Of a stretch of DNA of 45,664 bases, positions 1 through 9,700 are shown one piece after another. A program made the position numbers and the translations under genes. Origin of the DNA: Macrostomum lignano (lineage: Eukaryota). The stretch's first letter is position 1. Each line of letters opens with the position of its first letter. Under the pieces are notes generated by a model. It ran no database searches and was not told the DNA's origin. It saw only the letters and a list, made by a program, of their open reading frames with translations. The stretch covers positions 1 to 45,664 of the forward strand of contig NIVC01004446.1 of the NCBI GenBank assembly GCA_002269645.1, given 5' to 3'.

Positions 1-338
1 AATTCATTGTCAGATGGGAATTTTTCAGTTTTTATTTAGCACTGAACTCATAGTGCTAAATGGGGTTTACCATAGACAACAGGAACATAAGTGAGTTTTT
101 TCTGCAATCAGTCACATACCTAGATAGATAGATAGATACCGACAAACCATTTTTAGTGTATGAATTTAGTATAGTTAGATGTAAAATAATCTGTTAAAAG
201 TGTTATGGTTTTAAAAACTTTAAAAAGTTTCCTTAAGTTTTAAGGAAAAGCAAAATATACAAATTTAGTTAGGGGGGTAGCTATAGTAGGCAGGAGGTAC
301 ATACGTGATCAAATTAACTGCAACCACTCAGGAAGAAA

Positions 339-1230
339 GAAATGGCGCCACTCAAAATAATATGGCACCACTCACATTGAAATGGCGCCACTCAAATGAA
401 ATGGCACCCACTCAAATTGAAATGGCACCCACTCACATTGAAATGGCACCCACTCAAAATGAAATGGCACCCACTCAAATTGAAATGGCACCCACTCAAA
501 TTGAAATGGCACCCACTCAAAATGAAATGGCATCCACTAAATATGAAATGGCACCCACTCAATATGAAATGGCACCACTCAAATGAAATGGCACCCACTC
601 AAAATGAAATGGCACCCACTAAAATGAAATGGCACCCACCCAAAATGAAGTGGCACCCACTCAAAATGAAATGGCGCCACTCAAAATTAAATGGCGCCCA
701 CTCAAAATGAAGTGGCGCCCCCAAATGAAATGGCGCCACTCAAAACAATGAAATGGCACCACTCACAATGAAATGGCACCCACTCACATTGAAATGGCAC
801 CCACTCACATTGAAATGGCACCACTCACATTGAAATGGCACCACTCACATTGAAATGGCACCCACTCACATTGAAATGGCACCCACTCAAAATTAAATGG
901 CACCCACTCACATTGAAATGGCACCCACTCACATTGAAATGGCACCCACTCACATTGAAATGGCACCCACTCACATTGAAATGGCACCCACTCACATTGA
1001 AATGGCACCCACTCACATTGAAATGGCACCCACTCACATTGAAATGGCACCCACTCAAAATGAAATGGCACCCACTCACATTGAAATGGCACCCACTCAC
1101 ATTGAAATGGCACCCACTCAAAATGAAATGGCACCCACTCACATTGAAATGGCCCACTCAAAAATTAATGGCGCCCCTCAAATGAAATGGCGCCCACTCA
1201 AAATGAAATGGCGCCTACCTCAAATGAGGC
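339..1230. repeat. 21-bp minisatellite (consensus GAAATGGCACCCACTCA[C/A]A[T/A]T), about 42 copies, probably intronic in the plus-strand ion-channel gene
   Basis: Read directly as head-to-tail copies of gaaatggcacccactcacatt / gaaatggcacccactcaaaat, with 20-bp and gcgcc variants. The periodic ORFs (EMAPTHI, KWHPLTL, SGCHFNV, EWVPFQC) are by-products. It ends ~65 nt upstream of the splice acceptor at 1294-1295. Confidence 0.97.
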
Positions 1231-1295
1231 ATTAGTCATTAGGAAACAATATTTCATACTTAATCTTCGAGCTCACCTTCATCCTCCCAACCCAG

Positions 1296-1796
1296 ATCAT
1301 GATCGAAGGGCTCGGCAGGCTGTTCCTCATCAAAGTGAGCGTCCCGCTGCCGCCGGAGCGTCGGGTTCTGCTTCGACAGCTGTCCAGCAACAGCGGCGGC
1401 GGTTGCGGCGGCCGTCAGTTTCAACAGCAACAGCAACAGCAGCAGTTTCGCATTCTCGAGAATCGCCAGAACGTCTATCACCAACCAGCCGCAGGCATGC
1501 AGGCACCCAGGCGAGCGGTCAGCGTTCTACGAACTGTGGCCGCTTCTGCTGGGCACCAGCTGCTGCTCACCTGCCCGCCAGATGTGGAGAGCGACCTGAA
1601 GGAGATCAGCAGGGCCATCCGGTTGTTCCTAGGTAGGAAGAAGGACGCTGATGCAAAAAACTTGTTAGCGGTTGAGTGGCGCACCCTGGCACAGGTGCTT
1701 GACCGGCTGTTTTTCTTGTTGTATGTTATCCTGCTGATCAGCTTCCTGATTTTATTTATTCCCCGTCGGGTGGAGTATGTGCGGCGAATGGACTGA
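1296..1796 (+). CDS. Terminal coding exon of a Cys-loop ligand-gated ion channel subunit (nicotinic acetylcholine receptor-like): M3-M4 cytoplasmic loop, MA helix, TM4
   Basis: Pyrimidine tract + cccAG acceptor at 1294-1295, then IMIEGLGRLFLIKV... The motif DLKEISRAIRLF...AVEWRTLAQVLDRLFFLLYVILLISFLILF matches the nAChR signature EWKYVAMVIDRLFLWIF followed by a hydrophobic TM4. Q8 tract in the loop; stop TGA at 1794-1796. Upstream exons are not in the window. Confidence 0.9.
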   Translation: MMIEGLGRLFLIKVSVPLPPERRVLLRQLSSNSGGGCGGRQFQQQQQQQQFRILENRQNVYHQPAAGMQAPRRAVSVLRTVAASAGHQLLLTCPPDVESDLKEISRAIRLFLGRKKDADAKNLLAVEWRTLAQVLDRLFFLLYVILLISFLILFIPRRVEYVRRMD

Positions 1797-1838
1797 TTGA
1801 TTGACTGATTGGCTCCTTGATTGATTGATGGATGGATG

Positions 1839-1869
<31 letters not shown>

Positions 1870-1922
1870 GATTGATTGGTTGGTTGATTAATTGATTGAT
1901 TGATTGATTGATTGACTGATTA

Positions 1923-1965
<43 letters not shown>

Positions 1966-1966
1966 A

Positions 1967-2026
<60 letters not shown>

Positions 2027-2070
2027 GTTGGTTGATTTATTGGTTGGTTGATTGATTGATTGTTTGATTA

Positions 2071-2106
<36 letters not shown>

Positions 2107-2208
2107 CTGACTTATTGGCTCCTTGGTTGATTGATGGATGGATGAATGGATTGATTGATTGATTGATTGATTGATTAATTGATTGATTGATTGATTGATT
2201 GATGATTA

Positions 2209-2255
<47 letters not shown>

Positions 2256-2275
2256 AATTGATTGATTGAATGATT

Positions 2276-2366
<91 letters not shown>

Positions 2367-2375
2367 AATTGATTG
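1794..2375. repeat. (ATTG)n/(TGAT)n tetranucleotide microsatellite, ~580 bp, in the 3' UTR of the ion-channel gene
   Basis: Read directly; interrupted by GGTT, TAAT and GGAT variants; begins at the stop codon. Confidence 0.98.
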
Positions 2376-2380
2376 CTTCC

Positions 2381-2466
2381 ATGGTTCCATTATTGATTAT
2401 TTAGTTCCATTATTAATTGATTGGTTCTATTGTTGATTGATTGGTTCCATTATTGAAGTATTGGTT
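2381..2466. repeat. Degenerate 20-bp tandem repeat (TTGGTTCCATTATTGATTGA-like), ~4 copies
   Basis: atggttccattattgattat / ttagttccattattaattga / ttggttctattgttgattga / ttggttccattattgaagta align at a 20-bp period. Confidence 0.75.
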
Positions 2467-2532
2467 TGATTGTTTTGCCTGCTTAAGACGGTAATTATTT
2501 AATTAACTTTTTGCATTGATACCAGTATATTT

Positions 2533-2538
2533 ATTAAA
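2533..2538 (+). promoter_or_regulatory. Candidate polyadenylation signal (ATTAAA) for the ion-channel gene
   Basis: First AWTAAA hexamer I found after the microsatellite. The context is AT-rich, so it may be chance. Confidence 0.25.
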
Positions 2539-3389
2539 TAGTAAGTTGGTTAATTTATGGCTTGATTTTTTACTAAAGGATTGAATACGATAACATGATG
2601 TATTGATAAAAAATCGTACGTTCTGTTTATTTATTTTGGTTGTGTCTAACTTTGTATCTATAACTGTCTGATCAATTGTTTGATTTGCATCAAACGAAAT
2701 TTTATTATTATTTTAAAATTCTAATTTATTTTTTTGTGAAAAGAGTTTTATTAATATTGGCTACTCCAATTCAAAGCAACTGGATTGCAGCGGAGACTTT
2801 TGTCAGACCAACAATCAGCAACGAATAACCATTTTGAGCAATTCATTTTTACTAGCGACTCATTTTTCGCATTCCTTCGTTTTTATATACGCAATCTGCA
2901 AACTTACTCTTGTCTCGATTTTTAATACTCTTATAGCATATTCGAAAATTCACGGAGAAAGCATTTTCCTAATGAATAAGGCGGATCAAATTCAAGATAA
3001 AGAATTTTATAATTTTTAGATCGCGTCTGCCGGCACATGCATGTACTTCGAATATTGTACCAGTTTTATATTTGTTGTACGAATAGGACTTTGCTTTGCA
3101 TTAATTTTTTACTGTTTTAATCAGGTTGTAAAAGCTTAAAGGTTGTAACCGATCGATTTTTCATTCTATACTTTTTCCTCTACAGTCTATATACAGTCCT
3201 ATATATCGAAATTATTTATATCGAAAAAAAAAATACCCTTAGAAATCTTACAAATGATAATTTTAACCCAAGTTTTGTTATCAAAGCAAGAGAAGAGATG
3301 CTTGCAAATAGACTTGCTATTTTAATGCCGGAAATTAAAATACATTGTAATCATACTTTGACTGACAAATTATCCGCTTGATTTCTTTG

Positions 3390-3401
3390 TTTATTTTTAT
3401 T
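3390..3401 (-). promoter_or_regulatory. Candidate polyadenylation signal (two AATAAA hexamers) for the giant mucin-like gene
   Basis: Plus strand tttatttttatt = AATAAAAATAAA on the minus strand, ~240 nt downstream of the stop codon. Confidence 0.45.
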
Positions 3402-3641
3402 GTTAAGAAATGAAATTTATATTGGGTGAGACTTTTAAATAGGAGAATAAAGATATTTTGTTATGATAGCACTGGTATGCGCTTATAACGAGGAAAAATT
3501 ATTAAAATTTAAGGATGTTAAAGAAATTTTTGTTTAAATTAACAACTACTCTAAAAAGCCTCCACCACAGCCAAGTGGATAATTATAGTTTTCGTCAAAT
3601 CGAAACAAAGCAGATTTCGATCTTCATTGAGATCAGCTGAA

Positions 3642-3791
3642 TCAAGCCTCAACACAATGACATTTATTAATGTGATACAAAGTGACGTCCATTTTGGAGC
3701 CGTCCTTGCAGTAGACAGTCTTCTTGGTAGGCTTCGGCTTGTAGCTTTCGGGTTTGCAGCACTGGCACACGCCCATCACCTTGACCTCGCC
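3642..3791 (-). CDS. Last exon: second half of the C-terminal cystine-knot (CTCK) domain
   Basis: ttgtAG acceptor (3792-3793). Translation GEVKVMGVCQCCKPESYKPKPTKKTVYCKDGSKMDVTLYHINKCHCVEA* (150 nt) has the CxCC...C...CxC pattern. Absent from the ORF track. Confidence 0.92.
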   Translation of the reverse strand, partial: GEVKVMGVCQCCKPESYKPKPTKKTVYCKDGSKMDVTLYHINKCHCVEA

Positions 3792-6700
3792 CTACAACGA
3801 TTTAAAAAAGGCACAGAGTGCAAATGAACTTATCAAAGTGAGTAAGTTGAAAGCCTACCAATTAAGCTAGAACATTTATGATCCCGTGCCATGTAACACT
3901 GGCTCACTCAGCATCGAATGTCCCGCCCCATGCACTTCCGATATCCGCTCACCTTGTCATTAACCGTCACTTGGTGGCTAGACGGGCAACCGCCGGTGCA
4001 CCAGTCGACCCAAATTGGCCGCACCAGCTTGCAGGTCGGCTTTCCAGGTCTGCGCAACTCGCGCACAGGCTTTTTATCTCGATGGCAAACGCGCAGGTAG
4101 GCCCTGAAGCAGCACGCCTTGGCGGAGTCCAGCACCCGGCTGACCAAATCTCCTGAACTCGCCAGCAGTTGCTGATCAGCCTGGGTGCATGGAGGCACCT
4201 CGTCGGGCGTCAACGGTCGCGATGTCAGGCGGCCGTGCAGGCAGACGGTCTTGCTGCAGTTGCCGAGGTAGTCAATGCTGGTGAATCCGTTCGGATAAGC
4301 CCTGCCGTCGGCGTCTCGACAGCCGAAACAGTCCTTCAGACTGATGCAGGCGCCCGTGGCCGAGTCGCGAACTGTGCCAGGCTTGCACTGGCAGCTTGGA
4401 CGGCAGTTCGAGTCAGGCTGCTCGGCGGTGTCGGGGTTGAGCAGCTGCTGACAGGTGGTTTCGCACCTGCCCGAATCCGAATAGACGTCGTCCGGTCGGC
4501 AGCAGGCGCCCTCGTCGCCGAAACAGTCGGTGTACTTTTGAGCCGGGCCCGAGCACTCGGCACCACCGCCGCTGGCCGGCCGAGCAATGGAGCTGAAGTT
4601 GAGTTTGAATTTGAGGCACCGTCTTAGTGATCGTTAGGTTAGTTTTATTCACAAATCTTTGACGTCGGTGAATGATGACTATTTTAGTGTTTCCCATTAT
4701 TTATCCCGATGACATGTGTATTATACCAATGTGGTTCGAACCAATATTTTTGCAAGAATCATTACAGATAATGGAGTCAAAGGTGTTAATGATCTGTTTG
4801 TTCATAAAATACATGTGCATTTTCAGTGTTTCTGATCTACAATATTCATTTTTAAAAATTGTTTTGACTCTTTCAAACTGTATAAGTACGGTCCCTTTGT
4901 AAAGCCATACTATATTCACAGCTAAGCGCAACTCACCGCGACCACAGCTGTTTTCCAGTTCCGCAGGCGACATTGCAGCCGCCCACCTTCTTCCAGGTGG
5001 ACCATTCGCAGTCCACAGAGCAGCTCTTCTCCTCGCAGACGAACCGTCCGTTGGTGCAGGTGCAGGTGTTGCAGTCCTTCGCCACCGTGGAGCCCGGCGG
5101 CATCAGCCGGCTGGAGTCGTCGGGATGAGCGCAGCTGCAGCCGTCAACGCTGACGCAGGTGTCACCTTCGCGAACTCGGTCGCCTGAGCAGCCACAGCCC
5201 TGCGTGAAATTTGATTTTCAACGTTTAAAATAAACGCTTAAATACAGATGGTCTCTCGTCTAGAAATTTTAAAGCGAACTTTCGATCAGAAACGGTGCTT
5301 AAGTGATTCTGACACACACGTATAAGTTTCTGATTCTTTTGAATCGTTGCAACCATCAACGGTAGCTTCTAGCGATCCCTAGGATAAAATGTCTAGACAA
5401 AAGTACATTTAATCTATATAACCAAATTCGGCAGACTGATCCGGCAAGTAACGGAATGGACAGGTTTTTCCGGGTTTTTACTTCTCTTTGGTGTCCGGTG
5501 AGACCACAGGAGCACCCATAAAGTAGCCTAGAGTCTGGCACCGGATCAAATCAAATGCATTGAATGAATCCCATTCGAAACGTCCCATTCAGGTGAATAC
5601 TTACCAAAAGCTCTAGTTAAAATTCTAAAGTGGAAATCCTATTTTCAGTATGTTCTAAAGGCTCAAAAGTCGATTTTTATGATATCCAAACGAGCGCTTG
5701 AGAACAAAAAGTTGAGGGTCAGTCTCCGGTCCTAGTTGGCTTGGTCGGTAGCCCGACTTTTGGTGCTTAAGTCCACTGTTCTGCTTTATTCTACCTTGGG
5801 CACTGAATGTACTGGCGTCGCTAATGTGTTTGGAATGACAGCAGATTTGCGAAATCATCGATGCTTCCATATCACCCATTTTGCCGCTTTAAATGAATCA
5901 GCTGCTCACCTGAACGCATCCCACATCCTGGCACTCCTTGTTTTGTCGGACATCCTCGCAGGTTCGCCAGCAGCGGGTGGCACACGGGATGACTGTCTCC
6001 GGGCCGCTGCACTTGGTCTCGTTGCAGGGCATCAGGGCTGGCTTGTACTCGCGGTCGCGGCACTCTTGGCCATCGTTGGCCGAGGGCCTCAGCACCGGCC
6101 GAGTTCGAACTTGTTCGCCAACTCCACAGCTAGGATTGTACACCGTGCCGACGCAGGGCTTGACAGTTTCGCTCCATTCCGACCACTTGCCGACTAGGCA
6201 GTCAACGGGGCACTGCCGGGTGCAGCTGACGATGTCGTAGGTGCTGGGACAGGCACGGCCGCCGTTCGCTGGGTGCTGCGTGACGCTGCGCAGTCGGAGC
6301 CGCTGGCCGACGGCGGTCGGGTTCACGCCGTCGCACTGGGCAAAGCAGGTGCCATTAGTCCAGTCAGACACCTGCAGAGTCGGTTGTTTTATCAGAGCAG
6401 AAAAGTATTAGAGAAGGAAACGTGACATTGTGAATTCGGACAGCCAGTCAGTTTCTAAAGTATGCCGACATGTATCAGATAGACATTACTGAGACAAGAA
6501 GAAACGCAGATTCAACTAGCAAGACCCTGGTTTCCCTCATGCTTGTGTTCCAATAGGCTTTCTTTAAAGATTTACTTTGAAAAATACATAAAGGACACAA
6601 AATTTCCTAAACGTATTCTTGATTTAAACGTTCCGAAACTTGTACGCAGCAACAGCAACAGCAAACCCCGTCACCTAAACTCACGCTTTCACCAGGTACA

Positions 6701-9700
6701 GAGAAGTTACACAATGCCCTTCAGTGATTCTGCTGCCAAAAGAGCATATCAACCGGTCTGTGATCAGGATGCCATAACTAGTAAAGGCCCTTCTACATAC
6801 ATTTGTGGATCACAAGTGACAATTCTTAACTTCTGCACTGTCTTTCGTTGAGCATGCGGTATGATTTTCGGAAGCTGATCGGTACTTTAAAGAGTTTTTT
6901 ATCCCACTATCTCGCAAATTATTTTATCTTTCCCAGCTGTACAAACCTGACAGTCAACTGGCAGTCGGCAGTCCTGCTGATTGCACGGCTGCTGGTCCGT
7001 GTCGAGGCGGCCGCTCTCGTCAGGCGCACAGTTCCTCGTGTCGTTGACGCACAAGCGAACGCAGATGCGGCTGCGTCGTCGCGTTCCTGTGCCGCACGGC
7101 GCGCTGCAGCCGGAGAAGTCCGACCATTCCGACCAGCTGGGAGGCGGGATCTCCGAGCTCATCTGACCGGGCAGGCACACTCGCTGGTGGGTGTAGAAGC
7201 TGCAGTAGCAAACGCCGCAGCCAGTGTCCGACGGCATGGTCTCTCCGGGCGACACCAGGTTGCCGAATCTGTCTACGCAGCCCGGACAGCGCTGCGCGTT
7301 GCACGGCTCCGAGTCGACAGCGGAACCAACGCAGGCCCTGCCCGAACCGCGGCGTTGCGTCGCAATCGATCTGGTGCGCGTCCGGCTACCGCCATCACAG
7401 GGCCGGCTGCAGGGACCCCAGTCCGACCAGGGGCCCCAGCTGCAGTCGCAGTTCGCGGTGGGCGCACACGTTGCAATACCATTCAGGCAGCGGGCCTGGA
7501 GCAGGGGCCGCAGCGCATTGCCGTGAGGTCGCACGTGCATTGATCAGGCTTGACGCACACGCCGGTTGATTCATCGAAGACCAATCCGGAGTCGCAGAAG
7601 CAACCCGTGCTGCAGGTAGTCACATCTGTGCAGGTCTCATTTGTCACGTGGCCGCACGTGTAAGGACACGAAGTGCTGCTGCATTGTCGGACAACCTTGC
7701 CACCCGAGCAAGCTGCCGAGGTCGTGGTGGAACCGCACGGATGCACATTGCATAGGGCGCTCGAAGTGCTGGCGTCGTCCTTCAGGCAAGCTCCAGAAGA
7801 TTTGCGGGAACGCGTTTTGATGCCTCCATTACAGGACTGGGAGCACTCGGACCACGCAGACCACTGACTCCAAATGCAAGGACAGTCATGAGTGTTGCAA
7901 AGTTCTGAATCCTGAAAAAGGTGAATAAAGTATAATGCAAACACAATACGCTCTTATTAGGAAACTAAAACACTTTAAACAAAGTAACAAAACCACAGCT
8001 TTACCGTAAACTCATTTGCACTGCAAGAAGCACCTCCAGGTTTTGCAGGAGACGCTACAGTGCGATTCCGAAAACGTAGTCCAGATCCACAGCTGGCTGA
8101 ACAAGCACTCCATGGCTGCCATTGACTCCATTGACAGTTCTGACTGCAGTTCGATATAACACAACGAAGTGCGCCATTATCGCAATTGCAGTGACCACAA
8201 GAAAAAAGCACGCTAACACCAGACTCTAAAATATCACCGTCGCTGACTTTCTCAGAAGGCGAAGTCAATCCCTCCGATCCATCCAGCTCAACCCAAACGT
8301 CAGAAGGATGCACACCGGTCTGTTGCAAACTTCACCAGCTGAGAACTGACACTCGCAGTCGCCACGAGATAGACACGGAGGAGGCGTAGCTACAAAACGA
8401 AAAAAATAAAGTAAAAACAATCAAAAAACCCTCAAACCACACTATAAAAATTGCGAACACATACTTGGCTCAACAATTATGCAGGTTGCAGTAGCCGTCG
8501 CCACAACGCTTGGCGTAGTCGTTGCCGAAGTTGTTGACACTGTCGTACTACTAGAATTGGGAGTAGTAGTGGTGTCGCTGTTGTTGTTGTTGTGCTGGGC
8601 GTTGTTGTTGTCGGCGTAGTTGTAGTTGTGCTCGGTGTCGTGGTAGTTGATGTTGTTGTTGTGCTCGTTGTGCTTCTCGGTGTTGTTGTCAGCTTTGTGA
8701 AGCAGCCTAGCATGCTGACTTGAATCGGGATCCTGTTACCGCCCTCGTTTTTGAAATTAAAAACCAGAGCGATTCGATAAGCTTCCAAGCCCAATCCACC
8801 AACAGAGGCGCACGAGATGAAGTCGAACATGCAGGTGGCTACTTCAGCGGCACCGACAGCCAGTTTGACTGAAGTGAATGGAGACACCGCGTCTGTTGCA
8901 TACTTTAGCTCCATTGACGTAATGAATCCTGGACTTGTCGTTGAAATCGATATTAGTCCGATGATCGAGTTACTAAGATCGTCTCCGCTGACGTTGAAAT
9001 CGAACTGAATGCTATCCGTTGCTGTCGACGGTGTTGCCACACGGTTTATATTCAGTCCTGTGCTAGTCGGACGCAGCAGGTCGTACTCGACGTCGGAATC
9101 AGTCCAACGCCCTGAGTGAGGCGCTCACCGTGATGTCGCTCACACTTATTATGCTGCTGTCGGCCATGAGATTTGTGTCAAGACAACGAGTGAAGCTTGT
9201 AGTCGACTTGCTCTTCACGCCTTCTGTAGTGGTAGACGTGCTAGATGTCGTCGTTGTCGTTGTCGGCGTAGTCGTGGTCGACGTCGACGTCGTCGGAGTT
9301 GTTGTAGTAGTAGGCGTTGTCGTAGTAGTGGTAGGCGTTGTCGTAGTAGTGTAGGCGTTGTCGTAGTAGTCGTCGGCGTTGTCGTAGTAGTCGTAGGCGT
9401 TGTCGTAGTAGTCGTCGGCGTTGTTGTTGTTGTGGTAGGCGTTGTCGTAGTAGTCGTAGGCGTTGTTGTTGTTGTGGTGGTGGTTTGTGTCGTCTTTTGT
9501 GGGAAGCAGCCATATATTCCGATCTGTATGTCAACAGAATTCCGATCGGTCACTGAATTGTAGAAAATCTCAAATCGCATCACCGTCGAGTTGATGGTCG
9601 AAGGCGTCGGCGGGATGCAGGCAAGCAGATTTGACTTGCACGCGGTGAGGTTCGCGCCAGAGAAGAAGTAAGTGTCCCAGGTGACTTGCGTGTACGTCTG

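Noticed and set aside
339-1230. 21-bp repeats as a CRISPR array or as real repeat proteins (EMAPTHI, KWHPLTL, SGCHFNV, EWVPFQC)
   Set aside because: Units are contiguous with no unique spacers and there are no cas genes in a spliced eukaryotic context. ORFs open on both strands with frame hopping are expected from a 21-bp satellite.
2470-3640. Short ORFs (2834-3019, 3627-3827) and a possible transposon remnant (tacagtc motifs near 3180-3200)
   Set aside because: AT-rich UTR/intergenic sequence with no coding signature. No terminal inverted repeat pair or transposase was found, and 3627-3827 is the antisense of the CTCK exon.
4672-6851. ORFs 4672-4902, 4701-4973, 5356-5541, 5655-5879, 6543-6851
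   Set aside because: They fall wholly or mostly in the reconstructed introns and have no recognisable motifs.
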